Both the position numbers and the translations under genes were made by a program. DNA of 64,000 nt from Kudoa neothunni (lineage: Eukaryota > Animalia > Cnidaria): assembly GCA_964304625.1 (NCBI GenBank), contig OZ199838.1, positions 11,309,608 through 11,373,607 on the forward strand. Direction: 5' to 3'. A model generated the notes under the pieces. That model searched no databases, was not told the DNA's origin, and worked only from the letters and a program-made list of their open reading frames with translations. Every line of letters starts with the position of its first letter. The first letter of the stretch is position 1. Positions 25,501 to 38,299 of the stretch are shown here, piece after piece.

Positions 25501-27108
25501 CTCTCGATATACGAGCTGAAGCAAGTAAGGCCAAATGTTCCGGCGTAAGTTTAGTGGATTTTTTAATCAAGAGTTGGTTCTTTTCAATATCACTTCCCTT
25601 GAATCTAGAGGAGGCTCGAAGATAAATTGGCTGATGTTACTCATAGGGAACCTTATTTCTTCATTAGGTGAAACGGATTTTATGATTTCGATGCACGTTT
25701 CAGACCCTGAAGAATTGGTTTCATGTGATAACGTGTTTTCAATCTAAAAAAAGCATCTCAGTTCAAAAAATAATCAGACAAAACACACCGGAACAATGGA
25801 GTTGGTTTGTGGCGGTGGAAAGTGACCGGTACTTATTTTATAGCAGTTGTGAGGTTGAAAATCATAGGATCGTAGCTCTGATTGGTCGATCACTGATAAA
25901 ATAGCATTTTCAGCGATAGGTGCTAAATTGATTGAGTTAGATTGGATCTTAGTGTTATTTCATGATTACCTTTAACCGCATATCCATCTTTGAGGGAACA
26001 ATTTGCAGGTGGTACATCAAAAGTACAAAAAATATCATCCACAACGATGCAATTTAACGCAGCTACCACCAAATAAATCAAAATGATAAACTTTCTTAAA
26101 CTCACATGATATCGGAATGGAAACAACACGTTGCATACTAATAGCTTCTTTTTCAATGGAGAGTTTAGCACTTTCCAACGATACCATAGTGTAGGGAGAA
26201 ATTCGTAGGTTTGACTCATCATTTTGCTTTGGTTCACCCACGAAATCATGCACCAGTTGGTGGTGTACTTTATTAATTTCTTGTAAATTATTCGAAATAA
26301 GATCTAATTAATTTTTAAGTGAATCGCGTTAACACTTAAAAAATCTCTTATTCACCTATCGAATGCACCAAACAATCGCGAACACATTGGAAGCATTCCT
26401 TAATTGTACAACTATCACACTGAGAACACCTACTGAAATGTGTACTTTAACAGCTTTAACATTTCCAGGGAAATTAATGATTAGAGTGTTTTTTCTAATT
26501 GCACAAACAGCTCTCGATAACGAAGCGTGTTTGGAATATTTCAACGAATCAATCATCATAAGAGTGGAAATGCCAGGTACTAATTTTTCGGCTATTTGAC
26601 TTGTAGCCTAAGGTCAGAATAATTCATGCACGGAGTTATTCAACTGATTTGTCAAAAATTGATAACTATATGGGGTACCTCGGGAGTAACATCAGTCGGA
26701 GAGATACCTGTGCCGCCTGTTGTCAATATCAACCCAACATTTTTTTCGTCACACAAATAAACCAGCAACTGCTACACGTATAAAATTTTATTCGATCAAT
26801 AGTGGCACATCTATCGATCAACATATACTTTGATCTGATCTATGTCGTCCGGTAGCAAATGTAATTGAGATTCGACATTAAAATTCAAACTATTAACATT
26901 ATCAATTAGAGTATAGCAAAGAAATGGTGGCTGACTTTTCAAAATAATCAACCGCTAATTTTAATAACAAAGGTCCGGAATTATCAACTGTTTCTTTGCG
27001 GAAGCATCGATCACTTACTACAAAATTAAAATAAAATAATAGCGGTTATTATGGTGACAGTAATGTACTGGTGACAACGTCAAACGTGATGGTTCTTTTA
27101 TCGGTCAT
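22563..27108 (-). CDS. GPHN: Gephyrin (MogA-like G domain + MoeA-like E domain; molybdenum cofactor insertion), 17 exons
   Basis: Manual splicing gives a continuous frame: TISDRCFRKETVDNSGP, LPDDIDQIK, ILTTGGTGISPTDVTPEAT, LSRAVCAIRKNTLIINFPGN (G domain); SPYTMVS, SLKDGYAV, ISTG, STGDE, DSNR, SGSASMGDKDYIK, HFGRINLKPGKPT, SLPGNPVS, DSRPE, QQSSRLLS (E domain). The G-then-E order is the animal arrangement. Confidence 0.93.
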
Positions 27109-27380
27109 TTGGCGCAGAACAAAGCAACCATCAACGATAACCTACGGATAACGTACGATTGGAACAATCGCGCGCAACATTTAGTTCATAACTCATTGAG
27201 GTGGGTCGCTTCAACCAAAAAAAAAATTAATTTATAAAGATTAAAACACTTACATATTCGGTAATTACAACACCGTAGAATATTCCAATTAGATTAATGA
27301 TATTTTTTGATCGTTCAATTTAATACTTGAGATTTGGATTCGAGGTTTATGTGATTGTTCGCATTAACACTCGTGTAGAT
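27109..27380. promoter_or_regulatory. Putative bidirectional promoter between gephyrin and the TOX4-like gene
   Basis: Only ~270 bp separate the divergent predicted start codons. CpG-containing motifs (TTTGGCGC, CGCGCGC) stand out against the AT-rich background. Confidence 0.55.
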
Positions 27381-29035
27381 ATGAATTCGAGAGATGAACA
27401 CATAAATTCTAATTTTCGTCCCTCGCCCGCACCAGACTCAAAATCGCCTTCGAGTGTTTTAAATTCGAATCAGTTGTTTGTTGGTGTTGGTGCCCAAGGT
27501 ATTTATGGCGTTGGTTTTTTCACCTTGGAATAATTTTCAGGTGCACCTATTGGTAGCAACAACAGCAGCTCTACAACCAACTCTCAAATTCCACATCAAA
27601 CGATAAATATTCCACAGCCATTCGTCTCTATGCCACCGACTGCTCCTTTATCGTTGCCAAAAAATACGGACAACTCCACCTGTATCAATGTGCCTGGATA
27701 TGGTGTATTGAGAGGAAAAATACATCGGAATCCATCGAACGGAAGTGTATTTTTTATGGCGGTTGCTAATGATGGGTCTCCATTGACATTCGCCATCCAG
27801 CTGAATGATAAAAAAACACTAACTTTTATCAATATAAACAAGTTGGGTCCTTTTGCTAATAATATGGTGACAATGCCAACCGCCTTTGTTCCCACTACCA
27901 ACACAACCGTTCCACCTACAACTGTGCCCTCAAATTTTATGATTGTACACATTTACATGTCAGTTCTGTGAATGAACGACTAATAATTCCATTTGTAGAA
28001 TAATATGAATCAACGATTACCAAAACTTGAAGCAGTGACTGGCGGTGTTCATCCTCCCCCTCCTCCTCTTCCTCCAAATACTAATTACTTGCTGTCGTCA
28101 GGTAGTAGCAACACTGTTGCAACTAATACCGATTCAACCCATAAAATGAAACAACAACCAACAACTTTCTGTTATGATTCTTTGTCTCAGCTTCATAATT
28201 TTATAAATAATGGATCACTCGATTTGAATAAAAAGCAACTGACCAATGAAATTTTTTATCAACTGCGTCAACCGTCAAATCCACCCACTCTTAATTTTAC
28301 TAATCAAATGGATTGCAACGTAAGTGGATAAATGTAATTCGCAAGTTTGATAATTATAAGGTAATCAATATGAATCAAAATCAACCACCAACTTTTACAT
28401 CTCCGCAAACAAATATCCCCTCCAATTCATTGATGTCTCAAAAGCTAAATGCACCTTCGAATTCGGACCCTAATGAGAAACAGATTCAGACTGCTCCCTC
28501 ATCCAAAGTCGTTCAGAATAAATCTAACAAGGAACACTCTGGCATTAACGATAATAAGTCGATTCATTCGATCATATTTTCTTTCAATCTAATCCATGTT
28601 GTAGAGATTTTACATCCCATCCTGGATGGGTTCAATTTTTTCTGAGTTTTAAAAAGCTTAAAGGAAAAAAAATAAAAGTGAATATTAAAAATGATAGATA
28701 TCATTTTTTGTAATTTTAATTTAGGGTGGTGAATCAAACATCTTAAAAGCAGCGAAAAGAAAATGGAAAAATTTCAGTGAATCCGAAAGGAGTGTAACCA
28801 AAATTTTCATTTTTGTTTTTCGTGTTAATTTTGTTGGATGTAGTTCTTTGTAAAGAATGTAGGGAAAACTCACAAAATAGAACAACATAATGGTTGCGCC
28901 AAACCTGGATGCCCTGAAAATGCGTGCCCCACCCCTGACCGTGGACCTTTCTATTGCAGTGACTCATGTATGATCGAACACAGTGTTAATGTGTTTACTG
29001 ATTGGGTTTCGAACAATACTTTATCAAAGGTATAA
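27381..29035 (+). CDS. TOX4: TOX4-like protein: low-complexity N/Q/P/S region, degenerate HMG box, C-terminal Cys/His motif; 7 predicted exons
   Basis: The spliced C-terminus reads HPGWVQFFLSFKKLKGKKIK|GGESNILKAAKRKWKNFSESERS|FFVKN...CAKPGCPENACPTPDRGPFYCSDSCMIEHSVNVFTDWVS. This matches an HMG-box pattern followed by the TOX4 tail (CxRxGC...YCSNECVVKHCRDVFLAWV). Six GT-AG introns keep the frame. The start is uncertain. Confidence 0.75.
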
Positions 29036-30520
29036 TGTTTCTTAGCAACGATATTAATCTCTGTTTGTATCTTTTATTTCGCCTCTATTTGCGCGTGTTG
29101 TATTCTTAATTCTTCTTTAACTTTATTTCTTTTATAAAAATGGTTTTTGATTTCTGCAATTTTTATTAAAGCTATAATTAATTATGAATACTTTTTGTTT
29201 TTTCTATTTGACACTAATTAATTATTGTTCGTTTACATAAGTTAAGTTAAGTTATAACTTCAACAGTTGGTGAAACTTTCTAGTTTGTTAGACTGGAGTT
29301 TCTGTAGATTAGACAGCATTCGTGGATGCTTTAGGTGCCATAACGAGTCATATATATCATCATTCAATAAACTCTCGATGTCGCGTAGCTCGTTATATTT
29401 TAGCACATTTTTCGATAACTTTATTTTTATAAAGGTAGAAATAATAATAGGTGAAATTATAAACCCTTTTTGGGTTAAATTTTGTATAATATGTAAAAAG
29501 TGGGAAAAAGAGGAAAAATTGATATTTACACTATTGCGTATCTTTAATTGTTGATATTAATTCACTTAATCCTCAAAATGTTTTACAGTAAAACCCGAAA
29601 ATGGCGCGTTCTCAGAGAAAAATTGAAGATTAAATCAAAACAAACACAAATTATACTGCAATGAATAGTCGCAGGTAGAATTTGAACCTTCGAGCCATAG
29701 TTTGAAAGCAGAAGCTATTGACACGATAAAATTTAATCCTAAACGGCATGTGGCATGTACGCTTGCGTACAATAATTTTTTAATCTCAGCAACTCCTACT
29801 TACATGCTGTTTACAGGCATAATTGTTTAGAATCTGCTATATTTAATTATTTATGAACCGTAGGAGCGAAGCGGTGGGTCGGAAATAATTAAATATAATC
29901 AAAACTAGTGTCATCGGAATATTATTTATCGTGCCAAAATCCACTTGCTAATTTTAAAAGGTGGTGATATCGTCCTGCTCTACTTGCTGATTGCACATAT
30001 GTTGATTTTTTATCTGCAATTCTTATAAATAATCGTTATACCACATAGTAAAAAAATAGGATAAACAACAAAATTAGCGAATATTTTTTGAAAATAATAT
30101 TAATTTTTATTGTTGGCACATGTGCGTGTATCGGTATTACGTAATTTCTTGTTATGGTGTAACGTTTCCTTGGCTCCAAAATGTTACGCAGTATCGAGAA
30201 TTCATTGTAGATATTATTACAAAGGAAAGACATAATAATAAAATAAATTTATAAAAATTTGTTTTAAAATCATTATTTTTAATCGTCATGCAAAAATTAA
30301 TAATAGATCAATTCAAAAACGTAATTTATTTTAGTCATGTTGTCTATTTTTAAGATCTATCCTTAGTAACTATATGCGTGTTTTCATTCTTTGAAAGCAA
30401 TTTCAATTATGCTACTAACATGTCATAATTTTTACAATTAAACATCATTTTTAATATTTAATAATAATAATGTTTTGGTTTATAAATTTTTTTAACGGTT
30501 TTCGCAGGCTTGATTTAAAT

Positions 30521-31058
30521 CAGGGGCAGGCAACCTTCTTGGGTGACGGGCCGAACAGGCATCCTAACTCTAATTAGGGTCGTATTAAAATTAATATATT
30601 AAAATGTTAAATTACTCTTAATTCAGATTTTCAATTTAAATATATAAATAAGAATTTAATGAAGTCATTTAAAATATAAAAATACGTCAAATCAAGAGTG
30701 TTGTATTTAAATAATTTTTACTTGCAGTGTAAACAACTCGTGCTAAATTTGTGAATGAATGATTTATTGGACTGGGTCAAGTAACATGAGATGTACCTAT
30801 ATGCCCTTTTAAAAATATTTTATACATTTATTTAAATAATTTTAACGGCCATATTTATTCCGGTTTTCTGATTGAATGAAAATGAATTTTAGTCGGCTAA
30901 AATGTTTATATCGACAACATATAAACATTGAGAAAAACGATCTAGATAATAACTTAAAAAGTATTTGGATATTTTAAATATTATGAAAAAATTTTATTCC
31001 AGTAATACATGATGCCCTGGATAGAAATAATTGACGGGCCGTAGGTTGCCGACCCCTA
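30521..31058. mobile_element. hAT-type MITE
   Basis: Ends CAGGGGCAGGCAACC... and ...GGTTGCCGACCCCTA form imperfect TIRs. Subterminal GACGGGCCG at both ends. TSD degenerate. Confidence 0.65.
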
Positions 31059-31316
31059 ACATAAAAAACATATAATTAACAATGAAGGATATATTACTTC
31101 ATTTGTTTCGAAACTGTTATTTCCCATATTATAATGACATGAAACCCAACGTTATCTGTCAAAAAATATAACGCAATTAATAAATTTATTTAGAAAAGTT
31201 TGAATGTATTGATTTAACTTTTTAGTAATTTGTTATTTTCGTTATGTTGACTAATATGCTTACTTTATCATCAATATCCTAAATATACTTGTTCTCATTA
31301 TTTTTTTGTAATTTAA

Positions 31317-33022
31317 CCTTTCCTGTACCGAGCTCAAAAAAATTCCGTGTGTGCCCAGGGGGTATTTGATGGATCCCAGGAGAAATCAGCTTAAAACTAT
31401 TTGTTTCAGAGTTTAAGTAAATTAAAACATCTTTAAACCTATTTATAAGATATTATAACCCATCAACATTTCATATAGTATTGTGTTATAATCGGTCATG
31501 AAACATGGTTAATCAACTGGTATTCTACAATTTAACCCTCTAACGATCCCAAAAACGATGAACATGTAATGGACTTTAGGGTAAATTTTACCCCACATTT
31601 TTTTTTGAATTATAACACTTTAAAAAATCTAATAATCAATATTGTAGAATAATTTTTAATTCCTATGAATGAAACATTGGCAAACGCATATTAAATTTTG
31701 ACGTACTCAACGTGATAATCGGCTTCGTTTACGATCCGTCTTATGTCGGTAAACATCGATGTTTCCTCAACCTTCCCAGCGTCTTTGGCGTCAAATTGAC
31801 CCTAAACGATTTTGTGGTGTGTTATATGTTTTCTCAAAATGCTTCAATTATTTTAAAAATCAAGTTATTCTCCTATAATATGCTTTTTATTTGGATAATT
31901 AAATAATCAAAATTCACATTCCTTCTTTGGGGTCAAATTGACCCCAATCTATTTTCTTAGGAAACGTAAAAATACATGTACCATATCTTAAAGAAAAATG
32001 GTTTGTTCAAACTAAATCGAATTATAAGAGGATTTTATCCTAGAATATAAAGAATAAACATTAAACCGATGCTCGGCAAATATTCACGAACAAAGGCGGG
32101 AAAATACATTTTGAAAATGAGGGATTTTGAATACGAGTTCTGCTCAGAAAATGATCCCGAAGCACTTGAAATAGACGACAGTCTACATTTATTCGATTCT
32201 TTATCAGAATCCGACAACGAAATAACGCAAAAACAGACAACCTATTCCTCGACAAAAATGGAATTGCTTGGTCCTCGGTTACACCAAAGATCACAAAAAC
32301 TCAAAAGGAAAAAATACTGCATCCGATCCCAAGTTTAACGGCCTACGCGATATCAAGATTTAAAGAAATATCGGATACATTCTTAATATTTTTTGACACT
32401 ATTTTTTTTTGGTGCGATTTCGAACAAAACCAAAACTGGGGGCTTTCATTACAATAATGAGTGGAAATCTATAACACTGGGAGAATTTAAGGCTTACCTT
32501 GGATCACTAATTAATATGTCTATTTTTAAGTCAAAATTAGAGTCCTTAAAATTACTTTGGAGTGTTGACAAAGGGAGAAGCGTATTCAGAAAAATAATTC
32601 CACTCAAAAGATTTGTCCAGATATCGACGTCTCTTCATTTTGATGACTTTGAAACTCTACAATGCAACAAAATTCACCAGACCACGATTGTTATTAACTC
32701 ATCTTCGTTAACCCTTATCTCATAATTAAAATTTGAAAATATCTATGCTAAATTAAAATTATTGAAATATTCAAAAAATATAAATGAATATTTTGTAGTC
32801 GCGAAAATGATTTTTATGAACAAAACAATCGGACCAATTAAAGTTTGAAGCCATACCTCTTGTTAAAAATTCCATATAAATTAAAATTTATTCGTACTGG
32901 TGTGCTAAATTAACAGAAAAACATTCATGAAATTTCAATAGAATAAATTTCGTCTATTAGTAATTAGGAGGAAATTATCTCAGATGAGGTACTAAATATA
33001 TCACGCCTGGTACCGGGAGGGA
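31317..33022 (+). mobile_element. Nested piggyBac remnants
   Basis: Outer ends TTAA-CCTTTCCTGTACC / GGTACCGGGAGGG-ATAA. A second end, TTAA-CCCTCTAACGATCCC, at 31532 and a third GGGGTCAAATTGACCCC-type end near 31770-31945. Broken ORFs 32069-32725 give an acidic N-terminus and EFKAYLGSLINMSI...LWS...KRFVQISTSLHFDD (piggyBac DDE_Tnp_1_7-type). Confidence 0.8.
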
Positions 33023-35021
33023 TAATTAGTTGATGAAAGTCTTATTTTCCTAAGTAAATTTGATGATAAAAGTTACATATAAATTAAATGTTATTTGCTT
33101 CAAGGAATTTAAATTAACATAATACCATTTATAAAACCATAAAATTACATGACCAAGTGACATTATAATAAAATCATTTTTCGTTTCCAATAATAATTCC
33201 TTCTTTTTATATATAAAGCTTTATTTGAACAGTAAAGAAACCATTCATAAACCTCCAGTGCATTCTTTTCGGAGTTTTCAAAATGGAACACAAAAAATAT
33301 TCTGTTTCATAATATCACCATATTATAGCCATTAAATTTCACATGAACACCAAAAAAACTTAATAATATTTTGAGATTAACGTAGTGTATGATTATTTAT
33401 GAAAGTGTTACAAGAGTTAATAATTTGTTTATTACATCAGATTAATAGTTCATGTAAGATTTAATGATTGAGTTAATCCACCCGAACCATTACATACATT
33501 TCTTTCAAATTTTAAAGAAAAAACATTTTAAATTATTATTATTATTAATCAATCAATTTTAATTTTAATTGATTTATCAAGCCGAAAAATTTAGAATTTA
33601 TTTATTTTATGATTGATCGCCGTTGGTTAAATTCATGGAAGATTCAATCGGATCACCTATATTTTATTTATCATCAATTTGATCAAAATATTATGCAATC
33701 AGGGGCGGCATAATCACATATATAAATAAAGGAAATCGATTTGTATTTAGTGGTCAAGTTCACGGTTTTATATAAAAATAATTCAATGCTAATCTCATTA
33801 TTAGCATTATTTGTTGGGAGTAGTATCACATAACCTGTACTAATTGTCACGTAGCCCACATTATAAAGTAGTTAAAGCTTATTGTGTGTATGACTTGATT
33901 GTTCACGTTCTGTTTCTGACTCAGGTTTTTCTCTGGAGCATTAAAAGATATACCAAACGGTTATATTAAATTTAATAAAAATACTCTTGTTGGAGAATAC
34001 TTTATATTATATGTGATGACGTGTACATGTATTGTATATTGTGTGAGTATACGTGACCAATAGTAGTTGACCTGTTGTGTAATATCGTTACTATGAGCAT
34101 TATTGCAGGAGCTAACACTCTCTATATTGCTTTTTGAAATTTTTTTTATTTTTTCCACAATTAATTCTCTTTTAATAAAGAAATTTATCCTGTTTGTTTA
34201 TGAAAGTGACGATTGGCACCGATCATAATATCCAGACAGGTATAGTTTTGACTGTATTTAATTATTTTTGACCTCTAAGATTAGTAGTAATGTGTGAATT
34301 TCACTCAATAAATTATTTTTGATATTAACGTTATGCACTTGCTACAATTAATTAGTTATCGCTTATATAAAATATGAAATTCTTATTATTATAGAAAAGA
34401 GATTGATACATTAGACAATCGCTAAAGTTATATGGTGATAATTCACCAAAATCAGAGTTTTCCAACTTCAATATTAGAATACATAAAGCATGCTTTACTC
34501 GAACCGGATTAGTTGGCGGTACATCCTGTTGAAATAATCGCGAGGAGCTAGGAGTTCAACATTAATAGATTACACCAACTATAATCGTGATGACAAATAG
34601 ATGTTGTCAAAGTTTCCCTATTGGAGATGCGACATTGATAAATACTCAATAATAAAATATTCAACAGGTTCGTTTTTGTACGTTGTCGCTGATTTGAATT
34701 ATGGCCACTGTTCTGCAATTTAACCAAATAAACTTTGTAGATCAATTATAAATAGGAGTTAACCGGATTAAAAATGTGAACCGTGCAGGCGTAGTTGCCA
34801 CTCTGGATTAAAAATTTCCGTGTCAATAACCAATGCTTTGGTTTATTATCTATTTTATGCAAAACATTAGAGTTAATTTAACCCTAACAAAATCTAGTCG
34901 CGGAAGTAACATGTCTTATCATTATAGTTTCTTGATGTATGTACAGTGGTTACACTTTAATTTAATATCAATGAATCGATTTAGATTTAAAGAATAACTT
35001 AGGATGAAACCAAGGTAGGTT

Positions 35022-37755
35022 GGTTAAAGTTCACTTTAGCCCCATACCTTTCGGTAATAATCGTAACCCGAAATTCGAGTATCGTCGTACGATGTAACCA
35101 GCCGAATTATAGATTAATTACGTGTAATCCCGCGAAACACTCGTTAACTTTCGATGAAATGAGGTTATCCCTAATTAATGCGTTCTTGTGAGTTTGGGCC
35201 AAACATATAATAACTAATTATTTAATGAATATAATTCTAACAATTTTAATTATTTATTTGATGGGATAACTTAATTATAAATTTTTACACACACAAGCGT
35301 TATTTTTATCAACCAAACTAAGATTATGGAATATAATATTGTATAACCACGTGTTTTCTGGTCAGTGTCACCCATGCTTCCTGAATTGTACAATTCCGAA
35401 AATATTGATAACCTCAAATTCGAGGATATTGTTTATCTTAAAAATAATCCACAGGAGTTAGTATTATTTCTACAAGGACTTGGACTTTTACCCAAAATCA
35501 AAATTTGTTCTTGTGGAGATATTATGAAATTATATCTAAGGAAGTCCTCTATCGATGGATATAGCTTCCGTTGCAAGAGAAAAAATTGCCACCGAGAATC
35601 CTCATTAAGAACTGAGTCATTTTTTTCGAATTCGCACCTTTCTTTATATTCCCTCATAAAATTTATATATTTGTGGAGTAGAGGTGTAACGACCCAAGAA
35701 TTTCTAATGAGAGAATGTGACATTGGGTCTGCCAATACAGTGGTCGATTGGAAAAATTTTCTAAGAGACGTGTGCCTCTCTTATTTTTTGGAAAACCCGA
35801 CCAAAATTGGAGGTCCTGGAACTAAAATCCAGACCGATGGGAGCCTCATTTGTAAAAGGAAATTCGGCGTCGGCAGAATTCTACGAAACCAGAGTATCTG
35901 GATTGTAGGTGGCATTGATGAAAATGGGAATGTTTTTATGGTGGAGACTGAAAAAAGGGATGCTGCTACATTAGAAAACATCATCACTAACCATGTTGAA
36001 GGATGGTCCCTAATTCGTTCCGATGGATGGCGTGGTTACGCACGATTAAACGAACTTGGGTATCTTCATGAGACCGTTATTCATGACAAAGAATTTGTCT
36101 CCTCAACAGGTGTACACACTAACCGGATTGAAGGTATATGGAGTGTCTTCAAACGGAAGTATAGAAGTATCACCAACAAAAAAAAAGATATGATTTCTTC
36201 ATATATACCTGAATGGTGCTTTCGAAGAGTCAGCAAAGACAAACTCTTAACTAAATTAATTAGACAAATTAAAAGCATATATAATTTTAATTAATAATTA
36301 TTGTCTTCTCATAAATTTTCGTGATATTACGAGAATATTTAGCTCTATAAAGGACACAACGTTCGGTGTTCTTAATAGTATTAATTATCATATTAACTGA
36401 ATTTTGATATTTTTAAATATTTTATGATTAAGTTAAAAAACCATTTCAAAACTTAACTAAAGATATAATATTAAAAGTTAGCATATTCCAATTGTCCGAT
36501 TTTAGCTTGTTTGAAACTTAAAGCGTTTAATTAAGTTAGATCAAATAATAATTTAACTGAGAAAGGTTTAGATTTTCGTCTGTAATAGACAGCAAACACA
36601 CGTTTTTTAAGTCTTTAAGTAAGCATATTCATCATCGATTAATTATTTCACGATTCCTCTAACCTACTAGTCTAATATAAAAAATATATTTTGGCAAAAT
36701 AATTTTTTCAAGCAAAAAATTATTATATAAGAAAGGCAACTTATGAAATCAATTATTCAAAATTCTAGCTGTAGACATTATTAAGTGTCATCCACTGAAT
36801 AATGTCACATGATTTCGTTTACAATCTAATTTTAATAAAACTTAACTTGTAATATTTAATTACTTTTATAATTTTAAGCCAACATTTTAAGTACATGAGT
36901 TTTAATATTAAAATTTTTTGGAGCGTGCGCAATTTACAAAATCCAAAACATTTATATTTCTCGTTAATATAATTAGTAGATGTAATATGCAGTTTAATAT
37001 TAGGTGACTGTTGGGGCTGATAGTTAGTCTTCGGCGTCAAAGATATAATGACACACATAAACCTATAATAATTAACAGGCATGCTACTCACAAAACACTA
37101 TTTTGTGTATTTTTTTATTATTGATATTATTACAGACAAATGAATTTCATATATGGGATGCAAATAAATGTTAATTTTTTTAAACACAGATTGAAAAATA
37201 TAAAACCTAAAAATTATAAATAACTTTTGTCTTCAAAAATAAAAAACAGTTACAAAAATTTATAAACTAAAATAGATTATTTCCAGTATTTTTATACTTA
37301 TTAAGGTACATTAAATAAAAGATATATATCTATAAAAAGCGTTTTTCTTGATAATAAATGTCGAATTAAACTTTAATTATTTTACTTTATACTGTCTTTA
37401 AGATAATTTTAAAAATGTTCTAAGTGAATACATCCTCGAATAACTTACTAAAATTGGAAAAATAATGCTAATTTTAGGATAAGAACCTGAATAATAGAGA
37501 TTGCACGTGGTTTCGACATCGCACGAAGCTGATTTTTTGTGAAATTTGTTGAGGAAATTTTAAGCTTCTTTCTGAATTCTAATACGTAGATGAATGCATA
37601 TAATTAAGATATGGAACTGTGAGGCCATAAGCCATCAACAAATGCAATCATCGTGGAAATAAAGGCTTCATCGCTAACGCGAATAATACCCCATCCGAAG
37701 TTTTTTCGGGTTCCGATTATTACCGAAAGGTATGGGGCTAAAGTGAACTTTAACC
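35022..37755 (+). mobile_element. Merlin (IS1595/IS1016-related) DNA transposon, 2.73 kb
   Basis: ~52-bp TIRs with one mismatch (GGTTAAAGTTCACTTTAGCCCCATACCTTTCGGTAATAATCGnAACCCGAAA) enclosing an intact transposase ORF. No TSD visible. Confidence 0.9.
35374..36294 (+). CDS. Merlin/IS1595-family DDE transposase with N-terminal Zn ribbon (306 aa from first ATG)
   Basis: CSC...CKRKNC Zn ribbon; KIGGPGTKIQTDGS (D1), WIVGGID, IRSDGWRGY (D2), VHTNRIEGIWS (E). Intronless, no stops. Confidence 0.9.
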   Translation: MLPELYNSENIDNLKFEDIVYLKNNPQELVLFLQGLGLLPKIKICSCGDIMKLYLRKSSIDGYSFRCKRKNCHRESSLRTESFFSNSHLSLYSLIKFIYLWSRGVTTQEFLMRECDIGSANTVVDWKNFLRDVCLSYFLENPTKIGGPGTKIQTDGSLICKRKFGVGRILRNQSIWIVGGIDENGNVFMVETEKRDAATLENIITNHVEGWSLIRSDGWRGYARLNELGYLHETVIHDKEFVSSTGVHTNRIEGIWSVFKRKYRSITNKKKDMISSYIPEWCFRRVSKDKLLTKLIRQIKSIYNFN

Positions 37756-38299
37756 CAATTTATGTATAATAAATTAACCACGAATCATTTATATTAGTAT
37801 AAAAATATAAAAAAAGTTGGTAATTACGTTCAAATACCATCCACTTATTTAAAATAAAAATAATAGAATGATAGTAAACTTTTATGTTTTGGTATTACTC
37901 AATTTAATGGTGATTATAATTAGTACGTAATATCCATCGAGACCCCACATAAAAGGACTGAATTTTAGTGCGAAATATCCATTTTCTAATATTTTTAAGC
38001 ATTTTTTCGTCGATAAGTAATTTCATATGTTTCTTTAATTACATAAAAGTTTCATAAGATAGAACTGGGTTTTATAAAATGATAAAATAATGGCACACAA
38101 GAAAACGTGCACAATATTTACCTACGCAATAAGCGCTGTTAAATGTATTGATCATAGCCTTAATTATTATGTTTCTTTTCTCATTATTATGTTAAATTCT
38201 ACCTGGCATAGCCTCAACCATATTCAACTAACGTGTGGGGTTGATCGCAGCATTGCCCGGATTCGGATGCAAAACTTGGTGTTTAATTTCTATCGGAAC

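Noticed and set aside
29665-29725. tRNA or tRNA-SINE (GGTTCAAAT B-box-like, minus strand)
   Set aside because: No cloverleaf or A-box at the proper spacing.
35365-36294. Bacterial IS1595 implying contamination or bacterial HGT
   Set aside because: The KIGGPG..D motif and eukaryotic context fit the eukaryotic Merlin superfamily, and the flanks are host-like AT-rich DNA.
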